64,000 bases of DNA from an uncultured Bacilli bacterium (lineage in GTDB: Bacteria; Bacillota_I; Bacilli_A; RF39; UBA660), in the NCBI GenBank assembly GCA_944350445.1, contig CALVOW010000003.1, positions 13,199-77,198 on the forward strand, read 5' to 3'. The notes under the pieces were generated by a model. That model was not told where the DNA came from. It saw only the letters and a list, made by a program, of their open reading frames with translations, and ran no database searches. Below, in pieces: positions 28,862 to 41,044 of this stretch (its first letter is position 1; every line of letters starts with the position of its first letter). The position numbers and the translations under genes are program-made.

Positions 28862-29929
28862 CTAATAACCACTATTTACTTCAGCTAATTCTTCCTTTTT
28901 GGCTTCAAAATCACGACTATTTTCAAAGAAGAAAGTTTCATCAGTTTGAATATTGGAAATAAAATATAAATAATTGGTATCAGCTGGATAAATACTAGCT
29001 TCAATACTACTTTTTGATACCGTTGCAATTGGGGATGCTGGAAGCGTTGTCATATTACTATTTCTTGTATTATAAGGATTGCTAGAATCATATTCACTTT
29101 TTGTTAAAGGACGCATATCATCTAATTTTAAACCATACCTAGTGGTAACATCACTTCCAAGTGCCATATTCCTGTCTAAACGATTTAAAAAAACACTAAC
29201 GACTTTACTTCTATCCGCACTATTATTTACTTCTTTTTCAGCAATTGAAGCTAAAGTTAATAACTCATGTACGGAAAAAGAGCTTGCTGTAATGGTTTCT
29301 TTATAACTAGATAAAATTAAATCCATTTGATCTAGTAATTTTTTAAATATCTCAGGAACAGTTACATCTTCACTACGAAATTCATAAGTATCAGGAAATA
29401 AATAGCCTTCAAGTGGATAATAAATATCACTATTTAAAATATCATCAGTTAAAAACCAATAATCTTCAATTAAACTTTTTAAATAATCTTCATCTTTTAA
29501 TTGATTTAAAACATCATCATAGGAATTATTCGTATTATCTGCAATGACTCTTGCAATTTCGCGAAAATTAATTCCCTCTTTAAACGTTATTGTAATAGTA
29601 CTATCATTATAACTATTACCCTCTCTTATATTTTGAACAATTTCTTTTAAAGGCATATTTGAACTTAAATTATAAGTCCCAGCCTTTAAATCATTTATGC
29701 CATTTATTTTTAAATAAAGAACAAAGAATTTATCACTTTTAATTAAAGCCTTTTCTTCTAATAATTCGCCAATTTCTTGACTTGACATTCCAGATGCAAT
29801 TTTAACTTCAATTTGGTCACTACTTTTATTAACCGGACTTAAATAAAAGGCATATAAAATACAAAGAGTAACAAAAATAAATAATAAAATCAAACAAATA
29901 ATTATCAATAACTTGCGATATTTTTTCAT
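28862..29929 (-). CDS. mltG: Endolytic murein transglycosylase MltG (YceG-like)
   Basis: N-terminal TM. LASIAEKE, GSDVTTRYGL, NPYNTR and LPASPIA motifs of the YceG family. Confidence 0.85.
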   Translation of the reverse strand: MKKYRKLLIIICLILLFIFVTLCILYAFYLSPVNKSSDQIEVKIASGMSSQEIGELLEEKALIKSDKFFVLYLKINGINDLKAGTYNLSSNMPLKEIVQNIREGNSYNDSTITITFKEGINFREIARVIADNTNNSYDDVLNQLKDEDYLKSLIEDYWFLTDDILNSDIYYPLEGYLFPDTYEFRSEDVTVPEIFKKLLDQMDLILSSYKETITASSFSVHELLTLASIAEKEVNNSADRSKVVSVFLNRLDRNMALGSDVTTRYGLKLDDMRPLTKSEYDSSNPYNTRNSNMTTLPASPIATVSKSSIEASIYPADTNYLYFISNIQTDETFFFENSRDFEAKKEELAEVNSGY

Positions 29930-29952
29930 ATTTACTCCTATATAAAAGAATT

Positions 29953-30258
29953 CTAGTTGACGCTAGAATTACTATTATCACTACTGGTATTTCTAATTTC
30001 TTCTTGTAGTGATTCTAAAATGGTTTCAATTACTTTCCATTCTTTATCAGTTTCAATTGGTAAAAGTTCCATATTATCTTCTTGTTTTGGGTCATAAATA
30101 GATGCATATACTTGAATATTTCCTTGTTTATCTTTGGTATTATCAGTATATACAATATAACTTTTTTTCGTTTCATCACTATCAAATGTGAATAAAACAT
30201 TGCAAACAACTTCTTTTCCTTCTTCATTAATTACTGTAAAAGTATTTTTATCTTCCAT
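29953..30258 (-). CDS. DUF1292 (YrzB-like) protein
   Basis: 101 aa acidic protein with the family pattern (VINEEGKEV...FTFDSDETKKSYIVYTD ... LLPIETDKEWKVIE). Confidence 0.7.
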   Translation of the reverse strand: MEDKNTFTVINEEGKEVVCNVLFTFDSDETKKSYIVYTDNTKDKQGNIQVYASIYDPKQEDNMELLPIETDKEWKVIETILESLQEEIRNTSSDNSNSSVN

Positions 30259-30670
30259 TATTTAATTCCTTTCTATCTAAATAAGATTGGAGTATCAAAA
30301 CACTTGCCATGCCATCTACTACCATCTTTCTTTTTTTTCTTGATACATCTCCTTTGATTAAAACATTATTACTAATTTTTGAAGTTAATCTTTCATCTTC
30401 TAAAAGTACTTCAATATGTAATTCTTCTTCAAGTTTAGCTTTAAAATCTAAAACAATAGCTGCCATATTACTTACGGAATTGTTCATATTTTTAGGATAC
30501 CCTAAAACAATTTTATCTATTTTTTCCTCTTGAACAATCAAAGCTACTTCTTTTAGTAAATATTCATAGTCTTCCTCATGACGAATTGTCTTATAAAAAC
30601 TTGCAATTACACCATTTGATTTACTAATTCCAAGAGTCTTTGTCCCTAAATCAAGCCCAAGATATGTCAT
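30248..30670 (-). CDS. ruvX: Putative pre-16S rRNA nuclease / Holliday junction resolvase-like RuvX (YrrK)
   Basis: MTYLGLDLGTKTLGISKS, GYPKNMNNS, DERLTS. Start moved to ATG behind SD AAGGAG. Confidence 0.85.
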   Translation of the reverse strand: MTYLGLDLGTKTLGISKSNGVIASFYKTIRHEEDYEYLLKEVALIVQEEKIDKIVLGYPKNMNNSVSNMAAIVLDFKAKLEEELHIEVLLEDERLTSKISNNVLIKGDVSRKKRKMVVDGMASVLILQSYLDRKELNNGR

Positions 30671-30715
30671 AATCAAATACTCCTTTATCATATCATTTTT
30701 TTTAAATTTTAACAA

Positions 30716-31984
30716 CTATATTTCTAAATATTCTCGAACACTAGAAACAATGGCATTTACATATTCATCTTTTTCCGTTAAAAGAATATCTAAATTGCTA
30801 CTACTATTCATATACCCAAGTTCTAATAAATAAGCTTCACAACCATGATTACTTGCATAATAATGATTCCATTCTTTTTCCTTATTTCTTGAATCAACAT
30901 AAGCTGACGTAACAATTCCTCCGGTTTCTCTTATTATATAATAATACGTTGAATCAAGAGTTGCTTTTTCATATGGCTCATATCCTCCTTCAAGAGCACT
31001 TTCTTTAATGTCTTCTAAGTCAGCCATACTTAATGTTCGAAGGTAAACACCACTAGAAATTTTATTAGAAACATTGGCTGAATAATTAGTACTAGTATTA
31101 GAAACAATTTCTTCAGCCAAGTTTTTAGCAAAAGTTATATCAGCATGATTAGGAACATAAATTTCAACTCCCCCAGCACCAACATTATATAAAGATGAAT
31201 TCATATGAATAGATAACATTAACTTAGCTTTTGTCTCATAAGGTACACTTACTCGCCCTTCACTTCCATAATTATCAATTGATTCATCTGTTTGTCTAGT
31301 TAATTTTACTTTTAACCCAAGATCTGTTAACTTTTCTTCTAATAAAAGCGCATATTCTAAATTAATATTACTTTCAAAGTAACCATTTTTATTAGCACCA
31401 ACATCTATTCCTCCATGACCTGGATCAATAACAATATCATAAATATCCTCAGGTAATTTTTCAACATTGGCTTTTAAATAAAGAAAATTTTTGTCATTTA
31501 TTTTATCAAAAGCAATATCTATTTTTTGATTTTTATCATCTTTGGTAATTGTATAATAATCTAAATTAGTATAATTTGTTGCATTCTCGAGAGTATAGTA
31601 TGAAATTTTATCATCAGTAATTTCTTTTAGAAAAATAATGTAATTACCACTTGTAATTTTTTCTAAATTAATTCCTTGATTAATTAATTCGGTTGTTTGG
31701 AAACTAGTTTTACTATCTGTATTTTCAAGAATCAATTCATATTCTTCTTCAATATCTTCATTTTTTAATACTAAACTTAAATTTGAAACATCTTTTTCCA
31801 AATAACCTGTTAAATTAAAATATCTTCCATAAATAGTAAATGAATCAATAAAAGCCGTTTCCTGAACCGAATCCAGCAATTTTTCATATTCACTTAACAC
31901 TTTTCCATTATTTTCTTGAGCAGTTTTATTACAACCAACTATAAAAATTATCAAAAAAACTATTATTATCTTTTTCATATTCAC
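30716..31984 (-). CDS. Lipoprotein N-acetylmuramoyl-L-alanine amidase (Amidase_3) with an N-terminal extra domain
   Basis: Lipobox IVGC. C-terminal IDPGHGGIDVGA, SIHMNS and E-containing Zn-amidase motifs. Confidence 0.8.
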   Translation of the reverse strand: MNMKKIIIVFLIIFIVGCNKTAQENNGKVLSEYEKLLDSVQETAFIDSFTIYGRYFNLTGYLEKDVSNLSLVLKNEDIEEEYELILENTDSKTSFQTTELINQGINLEKITSGNYIIFLKEITDDKISYYTLENATNYTNLDYYTITKDDKNQKIDIAFDKINDKNFLYLKANVEKLPEDIYDIVIDPGHGGIDVGANKNGYFESNINLEYALLLEEKLTDLGLKVKLTRQTDESIDNYGSEGRVSVPYETKAKLMLSIHMNSSLYNVGAGGVEIYVPNHADITFAKNLAEEIVSNTSTNYSANVSNKISSGVYLRTLSMADLEDIKESALEGGYEPYEKATLDSTYYYIIRETGGIVTSAYVDSRNKEKEWNHYYASNHGCEAYLLELGYMNSSSNLDILLTEKDEYVNAIVSSVREYLEI

Positions 31985-32024
31985 CTACCATTTAATTGTA
32001 CTACAATATTTTAAAAAAAGATAG

Positions 32025-32915
32025 TTATTCTCCGACAACTAAATGTAAAATATCCAAAAATTCTTGAGGTGGTGCTACACTAAATTCTAATTTTTCATTA
32101 GTTCTTGGATGAGGAAACGAAATTTTATAAGAGTGAAGAAGCTGACCAAATGTATTATTGCTAACTAATTTAGAATAGACTGGATCATTTACAATTGGAT
32201 GGTTAATATATTTCATATGCACGCGAATTTGATGCGTTCGACCAGTTTCTAATTCACATTCAATTAAAGTATAATTTTTATAACGTTTAAGAACACGAAA
32301 ATGGGTAATAGCCTTTTTACTATTAATATCTGTTACTATCATTCTTTCACGATTTTTGGCGTCTCTTCCAATTGGAGCATCAATTGTTCCTGTTTCATGA
32401 TGAAATTCCCCATTAACAAGAGCTAAATAAGTTCGTTTGACAACTTTATCTTGAATCATTTTAGCTAATTTATCATGACAAAAATCATTTTTAGCTACTA
32501 ACATCAAACCACTTGTATCTTTATCAAGACGATGAACAATCCCTGGTCGAATTTTATCTTCACTTAAAGAAAAGCGTCCCATCAAAGCATTTACTAAAGT
32601 ATCTTCATAATTACCAGGGGCTGGATGAACAACCATCCCTGATTTTTTATTAATAACTAACAAATCATCATCTTCATAAATAATATCAAGAGGAATATTG
32701 CTTGGTTTAATGGGAATATCAAAATAAGAATCCATCTCCTTGATTGTAATTTTATCACCCAAAGAGACTTTATAACTTGCACTAACTACTTTTCCCTGAA
32801 CCAAAACTTTGGCATTTTTAATTAAAGTTTGAATTTTACTTCTTGATAAATCTGTTTTAGAAACTAAATATTTATCAAGTCTAACGGGATCTTGTTCCGT
32901 AACTTCGAGATTCAT
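32025..32915 (-). CDS. rluD: 23S rRNA pseudouridine synthase, RluD subfamily
   Basis: S4 domain (RLDKYL) plus HRLDKDTSGLMLVAKN and GRTHQIRVH. lspA-rluD order as in Bacillus. Confidence 0.85.
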   Translation of the reverse strand: MNLEVTEQDPVRLDKYLVSKTDLSRSKIQTLIKNAKVLVQGKVVSASYKVSLGDKITIKEMDSYFDIPIKPSNIPLDIIYEDDDLLVINKKSGMVVHPAPGNYEDTLVNALMGRFSLSEDKIRPGIVHRLDKDTSGLMLVAKNDFCHDKLAKMIQDKVVKRTYLALVNGEFHHETGTIDAPIGRDAKNRERMIVTDINSKKAITHFRVLKRYKNYTLIECELETGRTHQIRVHMKYINHPIVNDPVYSKLVSNNTFGQLLHSYKISFPHPRTNEKLEFSVAPPQEFLDILHLVVGE

Positions 32916-33367
32916 TTTTTTAATACCTCCTTTAAAGATTCAAAAACTATTAAAATAACACTAATTACTATAAAGGTATCAGCTAAATTAAAAATAGGCG
33001 CATTATAAGAAAAAATAGTAAAATCTAAAAAATCAACAACTCCTTTATAAAGCATACGATCTAATAAATTACCTAAAACCCCAGCAATTAAGAAACTATA
33101 ATAAATTGTTTTATATATATTTAATTTTTCTTTTTGCAAATAATAAAAGATAAAAAATAATAAAACGAAACCAAGAATAATGAAAAGCCAAAGTTCACCC
33201 TTTAAAATACTAAAGGCTGCTCCATCATTTATTACATAGGTTATACTGAAAAAATTGGGAATTATTGGAATACTATCATACAAATTTAAAGTATTTTTAA
33301 CTAATTGTTTAGTAAAAATATCAATAAGTAAAAATATAATACTTAATATATAAACTTTCTTTTTCAT
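32912..33367 (-). CDS. lspA: Lipoprotein signal peptidase (signal peptidase II)
   Basis: Four TMs; NDGAAFS and VVDFLDF...FNLAD catalytic Asp motifs. Confidence 0.9.
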   Translation of the reverse strand: MKKKVYILSIIFLLIDIFTKQLVKNTLNLYDSIPIIPNFFSITYVINDGAAFSILKGELWLFIILGFVLLFFIFYYLQKEKLNIYKTIYYSFLIAGVLGNLLDRMLYKGVVDFLDFTIFSYNAPIFNLADTFIVISVILIVFESLKEVLKK

Positions 33368-33430
33368 GTTATCACTAGTTTATTGTATCAAATTGCCCTT
33401 AAAAAATCCATAAATAATTATATTTAAAAT

Positions 33431-34123
33431 TTATTTTGGATATTCTTCTATATCTTGATACAAAAAAATAATTTTATCTATTCTTTTATCGGTATGAAAA
33501 TGTCCACAATACCATTTTTTATAAGGAACTAATTCCTCTACTTTATCTAAGAAATGTTCGGTTTTTTGATCAACATAATTTTGATCAACTCCTTCTAAAA
33601 ACATTTCTCTTGGTAAATATTTATAAGGTGCTGTATGAGTTAAAATAACATCTATTGGTGTTTGCTTTTTAATTTTTTCTAAAACTTTTTGCTTTGTTTT
33701 TTCACTTGGTTCTTCATCTTTAAACCAATGATGACCGTATTTTATACGGTAATATTTATCAATTGTATAAGCTCCACCTATTACTAAGGTTTTCATATTT
33801 AAAAAGTTATATATTTCGCCATCCTTAGCAAATAAAAGATTAGGATATTTATCTTCTTTAAAAACTATTCCTTCCAAAAAGTTAGTTTCTTTATAACTAG
33901 AAATATTTTCCGGTCTTTCTTCGTGATTGCCTTGAATACAAAAAAGAGTAAGTGGAAGTTCTTGTAATTTTTCTTTTAAAATTTTATCAGAATCATCTAA
34001 GTAATAATTAATTCCCACATCGCCTAAAACAATTAATATATCTTCTTTTGTCGTCTGTTTTTTTCTAGCAAACGCAAAAACTCTTGTAAAATCACGATGC
34101 AAATCTCCGGTAATATATATCAT
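33431..34123 (-). CDS. Metallophosphoesterase
   Basis: MIYITGDLHRD, VLGDVG, GNHE and GHFH motifs. Start moved to ATG behind SD AGGAGG. Confidence 0.75.
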   Translation of the reverse strand: MIYITGDLHRDFTRVFAFARKKQTTKEDILIVLGDVGINYYLDDSDKILKEKLQELPLTLFCIQGNHEERPENISSYKETNFLEGIVFKEDKYPNLLFAKDGEIYNFLNMKTLVIGGAYTIDKYYRIKYGHHWFKDEEPSEKTKQKVLEKIKKQTPIDVILTHTAPYKYLPREMFLEGVDQNYVDQKTEHFLDKVEELVPYKKWYCGHFHTDKRIDKIIFLYQDIEEYPK

Positions 34124-34163
34124 AACCCCTCCTTTCAAGCCTTATATATTATACGATAAAGAC

Positions 34164-34196
34164 GAAAAAAAGGAAATTATTTTTTTAAATTTCCTT
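34164..34196 (-). terminator. Intrinsic terminator of the heat-shock operon
   Basis: Minus strand AAGGAAAUU-loop-AAUUUCCUU followed by UUUUUU. The 5' arm overlaps the dnaJ stop. Confidence 0.65.
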
Positions 34197-35313
34197 ATCT
34201 TTTATTTACAAATTTTTGAAATTTGGTGTATGTAGAATTTTCTAAATTAGTGTTTGCTAATTTTTCAAACAAACTCTTTTGTTCACGGCTTAATTTATCT
34301 GGTAAGATAACATCAAAAATAATATACATGTCGCCCGTATGATTAGAGGTTGTATTTTTAACCCCCTTACCACGAATTCTTTGCTTAGTGCCGGAATTAG
34401 TTCCTGCTTTTACATTTAAAGTAACTACGGAATCAAGAGTTCGAATATCTTTTTTACAACCAAGAACAGCTTCAGTTATAGTAAGCGGAACTGTAAGATA
34501 AATATCATCTTCTTCTCTTTTAAAGAATTCATGATCAGCTATTTCAAATTCTAAATACAAGTCCCCTGGGCTACCGCCATTAGTTCCAGCTTCACCTTTT
34601 CCAGATACGCGAAGACGCATTCCCGTATTTATTCCACTTGGTACCTTTACAGTTATTGTACTATTTTTCTTAATACGACCTTTGCCATTACAAGTTTGAC
34701 AACGACTTTTAAAAGTTCTACCCGTTCCCCCACAAGCTGTACAAGTCGTTTTCGATAAGAAAGAGCCTAAAATCGTTCTTTGCTCCGAAGTAATTGTTCC
34801 ACTTCCATGACACACTTCACAAGTTGTCTCATCATGTCCACCTAAACCATTACAATCAGGACAAGTAACATTTGTATTAATTTTAACATCTTTTCGACAC
34901 CCAAAAACAGCTTCTTCAAACGATAATTTCAAGTGATATAATAAGTCATCCCCGCGACTTCGCGCATTTTTCCGTGATGAACTAGAAAAACCAAAGCCAC
35001 GACCAAACATTGATCCTAAAATATCATCTAAATCAACATCAAAACCAGAAAAATCAAAGCCAGAGAAACCGCCACCACCAGCTTGTCCGCCACTAAAGGC
35101 TGCATGACCGAACTGATCATATTGTTTTCTTTTGTTTGGATCCGATAAAACGGCATAAGCCTCTTGAACTTCTTTAAATTTCTCTTCAGCATTGGCTTCT
35201 TTACTAATATCAGGATGATATTTTTTAGCTAATTTACGAAAAGCACTTTTAATCTCATCATCACTAGCATTTTTACTAACACCTAACACTTCATAATAAT
35301 CTTTTTTATTCAT
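34195..35313 (-). CDS. dnaJ: Molecular chaperone DnaJ
   Basis: J domain (DYYEVLGV...KYHPD), G/F region, four CxxCxGxG zinc motifs. Confidence 0.95.
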   Translation of the reverse strand: MNKKDYYEVLGVSKNASDDEIKSAFRKLAKKYHPDISKEANAEEKFKEVQEAYAVLSDPNKRKQYDQFGHAAFSGGQAGGGGFSGFDFSGFDVDLDDILGSMFGRGFGFSSSSRKNARSRGDDLLYHLKLSFEEAVFGCRKDVKINTNVTCPDCNGLGGHDETTCEVCHGSGTITSEQRTILGSFLSKTTCTACGGTGRTFKSRCQTCNGKGRIKKNSTITVKVPSGINTGMRLRVSGKGEAGTNGGSPGDLYLEFEIADHEFFKREEDDIYLTVPLTITEAVLGCKKDIRTLDSVVTLNVKAGTNSGTKQRIRGKGVKNTTSNHTGDMYIIFDVILPDKLSREQKSLFEKLANTNLENSTYTKFQKFVNKR

Positions 35314-35321
35314 ATTAAAAC

Positions 35322-37115
35322 CTACTTCCTATAAATTTCTCTAAACTCAGAAATTGTCTCTTTAAACATAAAAATTGCTTCTTCAATAAATTCCGGACTA
35401 GAAATATCAACTCCAGCAATTTTTAGTTCTTCACTTGGATACATTGAACCACCTGTTTTTAAAAAAGCAAGATAATTAGAAATAGCTTTTTCACCATTTA
35501 ATTCAATATCATGAACAATTTTACAAGCCGCACTTAAACCAATTGCATATTTATAAACATAAAAATTATAGTAAAAATGTGGAATACGCATCCATTCGTA
35601 TTGAATTAATTTATCTTTCACGACATCACGCCCAAAATAATCACATACTAATTTATAATATTCTGAGTTTAAATATTCGGGAGTTAAAACGATGCCTTTT
35701 TCATGACTTTCATACATGTTTTTTTCAAATTCAGCAAACATGGTTTGTCGAAAAATAGTTCCTTTAAATAACTCTAATAATTTATTTAGTAAAAATAATT
35801 TTTCTTTTTTTGAATCAGTCTTTTTTAATAAATATTTAAGTAATAAAAGTTCATTGACAGTTGAAGCCACTTCGGCAACAAAAATTTGGTAACTAGAAGT
35901 ATTATACGGATTATTTTCACATGAATACATCGTATGCATTGAATGCCCTAATTCATGAGCAAGTGTTGTTAGATCACTGTACCCTCCTTCATAATTTAAA
36001 AGAATATAAGGAGGTGTATCATAAAAACCACTTGAATAAGCTCCACTTCGTTTTCCTTTATTATTATAAATATCAATAAAACGATTATTAAAGGCTTTCG
36101 TTAATTTCTTTTGATAATCAGTCCCAAGCATACCAAGAGCATCTAATACTATATTTTTAGCCTCGTCAAAAGTATATTTTACATCAATATCTGAAACCAT
36201 ATTGGCATAAATATCATATAAATGTAATTTATCAAGACCTAAAACTTCTTTTTTTAGATTGTAATAGTCATATAAAGTACTTAAATTTTTGCGAACAGTT
36301 TTAATTAAATTATCATAAACTTTTATATCAATATTTTCTTGAAATAAACTAGCTGTCAAACTCGACTCATAATGCTTTAATTTAGCAAGTTTACTAGCTG
36401 TTTCTACATGAAAGCGAAAAGTATTTGCAATTGTATGAATATACTTTTGGTAATTTTTAAACAAAATATTAAAGGCTTTTTGGCGAACTTTTCGATCATT
36501 TGATTCGATAAAAGTCGAATAATTACTTTCCGTAAATTCAATGCGTTTACCATCAACAACAATATTTCCAAATGTAAGATCAGAATCTGTTAACGATTCA
36601 TAGATCTCATCAGAAGCATTTAAAGCCTCACTTAATGTCGAAAGAATTTTTTCTGCATTTTCTCTTAAAGTATGTTTTTTGTAACGATATAAATTTTCTA
36701 AATTAAAGCGATAAGTTAAAAGTTCTGGTTTTTCGTTATAAAAATTTAATATTTTTGCATATTCAGCTTTTAAAAGTTCTGAATCGACAAATGATGTTAA
36801 AGTTGAATAGATTGTAATAAGTTGCGAAATCTCCGCAGTTAATTCTAAACTTTTAGCATTCGTTGTATCAACATCAAAATTTAAATGCGCATAATAATAT
36901 AATTTATATAATCTTCTTTCTAAGGTGTCTTCTAATTTTAAAAAGTTTAGCAAAGTATCAGCTGATTCTAATAATTTACCTTTATATTTTTCTATTTCTT
37001 TTATATCATCTTTTAATTTTTTATATTCTTCTTTAAAAGCTTCTGTATTTTTATATAATACAGATAAATCCCATGTATCTTTTTCATTTATTTCTGATCG
37101 TTTCTTTTGTTTCAC
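35322..37115 (-). CDS. pepF: Oligoendopeptidase F (M3B)
   Basis: 597 aa; [11 protein letters not shown] zinc motif and overall PepF-like sequence. GTG start behind SD AAAGGAGA. Lies between dnaK and dnaJ. Confidence 0.85.
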   Translation of the reverse strand: MKQKKRSEINEKDTWDLSVLYKNTEAFKEEYKKLKDDIKEIEKYKGKLLESADTLLNFLKLEDTLERRLYKLYYYAHLNFDVDTTNAKSLELTAEISQLITIYSTLTSFVDSELLKAEYAKILNFYNEKPELLTYRFNLENLYRYKKHTLRENAEKILSTLSEALNASDEIYESLTDSDLTFGNIVVDGKRIEFTESNYSTFIESNDRKVRQKAFNILFKNYQKYIHTIANTFRFHVETASKLAKLKHYESSLTASLFQENIDIKVYDNLIKTVRKNLSTLYDYYNLKKEVLGLDKLHLYDIYANMVSDIDVKYTFDEAKNIVLDALGMLGTDYQKKLTKAFNNRFIDIYNNKGKRSGAYSSGFYDTPPYILLNYEGGYSDLTTLAHELGHSMHTMYSCENNPYNTSSYQIFVAEVASTVNELLLLKYLLKKTDSKKEKLFLLNKLLELFKGTIFRQTMFAEFEKNMYESHEKGIVLTPEYLNSEYYKLVCDYFGRDVVKDKLIQYEWMRIPHFYYNFYVYKYAIGLSAACKIVHDIELNGEKAISNYLAFLKTGGSMYPSEELKIAGVDISSPEFIEEAIFMFKETISEFREIYRK

Positions 37116-37139
37116 ATTATCTCCTTTTTTTATTAAGGA

Positions 37140-37162
37140 AAGTCCTAGATAATCTAGGACTT
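37140..37162 (-). promoter_or_regulatory. Perfect 9-bp stem-loop between dnaK and pepF (no U-tract)
   Basis: Minus strand AAGUCCUAG-auuau-CUAGGACUU, then UCCUUAAUAAAAAAAGGAG. Likely an RNA processing or stability element rather than a terminator. Confidence 0.45.
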
Positions 37163-37175
37163 CTTAATTATTAAA

Positions 37176-39652
<2,477 letters not shown>

Positions 39653-39656
39653 TCTA

Positions 39657-40640
39657 TCACCTTTCAATTTGCTTTTTAATGTAATCCAGTAAATTTACAA
39701 CTTTATCATATTCCATTCGTTTTGGACCTATAATAGCAATCGTTCCTTCATCTTTATTCGTTTTATAATTAGTTTTTATGACTGTAACATCTGGATCCAT
39801 CTTATTTTCATGACCAATATAAATATTTATATTGTTATCACTTTCCTTAATATTTTCTAACATTGTTCTATCTTCTAATTTATCAAAAATATCTTTAACT
39901 TTGGAAACATTACTAAATTCTTGATGTTTTAAAATATTATTTTTTCCAACAACATTTATATTTTTACTAGAAATATCGGTAAAAACATCATAAAAAGCAT
40001 TATATAAAATTTCATGTTGACGAACATATTTTCCAATGACCGGTTTAATTTCAAACTCTAACTTGGCACTAATTTCATCAATTGGCGTTCCAACAATTAA
40101 ATCATTAATTAATTTAACCGTTTTCTTAACCTCTTCTAGGCTAACTTCTTTAAGTTCAATATTTTTATGCTCAACATAACCTTGATCAGTTACAACAATC
40201 ACAACAACTAGTTCTTTATCAACTGGGACAATACTTATTTCTTTTAACTTATTATCATGACTTTTTGTATCAAGCATTATTGACGTATAAGAAGTCATAT
40301 CCGAAACTAACTCTAAACTTTTACTTAACACATCACTAAGTTCTAATTGGGTATTATTGAATACCGTTTGCAATTTAAATACTTCCTCACCATTTAATTC
40401 TTTTAATTGCATTAAATTGTCAACATAATATCTATATCCTTGTTCACTTGGTATTCGCCCTGATGATGTATGGGTTTTTTCAAGTAATCCCATTTCTTCT
40501 AATTCCATCATTTCGTTTCGAATAGTGGCACTTGAACATTTCATCTTAACTGAAAGAAGTTTCGATCCAACTGGTTTAGCAAGTTTAATATATTCTAGAA
40601 CAATCAACTTCAATATTTCTTCTTGCCTTTTTGTTAACAT
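39657..40640 (-). CDS. hrcA: Heat-inducible transcription repressor HrcA
   Basis: LTKRQEEILKLIVLEYIKLAKPVGSK winged-helix N-terminus; CIRCE operators upstream. The second ATG is better spaced from SD GGAGG. Confidence 0.9.
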   Translation of the reverse strand: MLTKRQEEILKLIVLEYIKLAKPVGSKLLSVKMKCSSATIRNEMMELEEMGLLEKTHTSSGRIPSEQGYRYYVDNLMQLKELNGEEVFKLQTVFNNTQLELSDVLSKSLELVSDMTSYTSIMLDTKSHDNKLKEISIVPVDKELVVVIVVTDQGYVEHKNIELKEVSLEEVKKTVKLINDLIVGTPIDEISAKLEFEIKPVIGKYVRQHEILYNAFYDVFTDISSKNINVVGKNNILKHQEFSNVSKVKDIFDKLEDRTMLENIKESDNNINIYIGHENKMDPDVTVIKTNYKTNKDEGTIAIIGPKRMEYDKVVNLLDYIKKQIER

Positions 40641-40650
40641 CATTACCTCC

Positions 40651-40676
40651 TAGCACTCTTATTAATCGATTGCTAA
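40651..40676. promoter_or_regulatory. CIRCE-like operator 2 (imperfect), between the -10 box and the hrcA SD
   Basis: TAGCACTC-N9-GATTGCTA(A); one arm mismatch relative to the TTAGCACTC-N9-GAGTGCTAA consensus. Confidence 0.6.
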
Positions 40677-40680
40677 ATAC

Positions 40681-40709
40681 ATTATAAACTTATGCTTAGC
40701 ACTTGTCAA
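40681..40709 (-). promoter_or_regulatory. Consensus sigma-A promoter of the hrcA operon
   Basis: Minus strand TTGACA-N17-TATAAT. The -35 box lies inside the spacer of CIRCE operator 1. Confidence 0.7.
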
Positions 40710-40723
40710 TATATGAGTGCTAA
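40696..40723. promoter_or_regulatory. CIRCE operator 1
   Basis: TTAGCACTT-gtcaatatat-GAGTGCTAA. Arms match the consensus (8/9 bp pair); the spacer is one nt longer than canonical. Confidence 0.8.
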
Positions 40724-40740
40724 TTTTTTTAATTTTTTTT

Positions 40741-40780
40741 AAAATAAAACTGTTAAGAAAATTTTTATAATTCTCAACAG
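40741..40780 (-). terminator. Intrinsic terminator after the yukD-like gene (end of the T7SS locus)
   Basis: Minus strand CUGUUGAGAA-loop-UUCUUAACAG followed by UUUUAUUUU. Confidence 0.65.
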
Positions 40781-40788
40781 TTTAATAA

Positions 40789-41043
40789 TTAAATAAGAAT
40801 TAACTTTGTTCCATTTAAGATACCAGCATCTTTTAAATTTAAATTTATATCATAGATTTGACAAGTATCACTATTCATTAAAGCATGATTGTACTCTCTT
40901 GGATAAGCTCCTTGCGTTAATTCCGAAATTGCTTTAACTAAATTCAAAATCACATTGCCAATTTTTTTACTAGATGGAATAAATAAATTATATTTTATAT
41001 CAAGTTCTGGTACATAAACTTCAACTAACACTTTAAAGTTCAT
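40789..41043 (-). CDS. esaB: YukD/EsaB-like ubiquitin-fold T7SS protein
   Basis: 84 aa. Starts 1 nt after the essC stop. Pattern YNLFIPSSKKIGNVILNLV ... AGILNGTKLILI resembles EsaB/YukD (beta-grasp ending in G-D/T-x-L-x-L). Confidence 0.65.
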   Translation of the reverse strand: MNFKVLVEVYVPELDIKYNLFIPSSKKIGNVILNLVKAISELTQGAYPREYNHALMNSDTCQIYDINLNLKDAGILNGTKLILI

Positions 41044-41044
41044 A

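Noticed and set aside
29079-30533. ORFs 29079-29306(+), 30030-30227(-) and 30309-30533(+)
   Set aside because: They are antisense or off-frame within mltG, the DUF1292 gene and ruvX.
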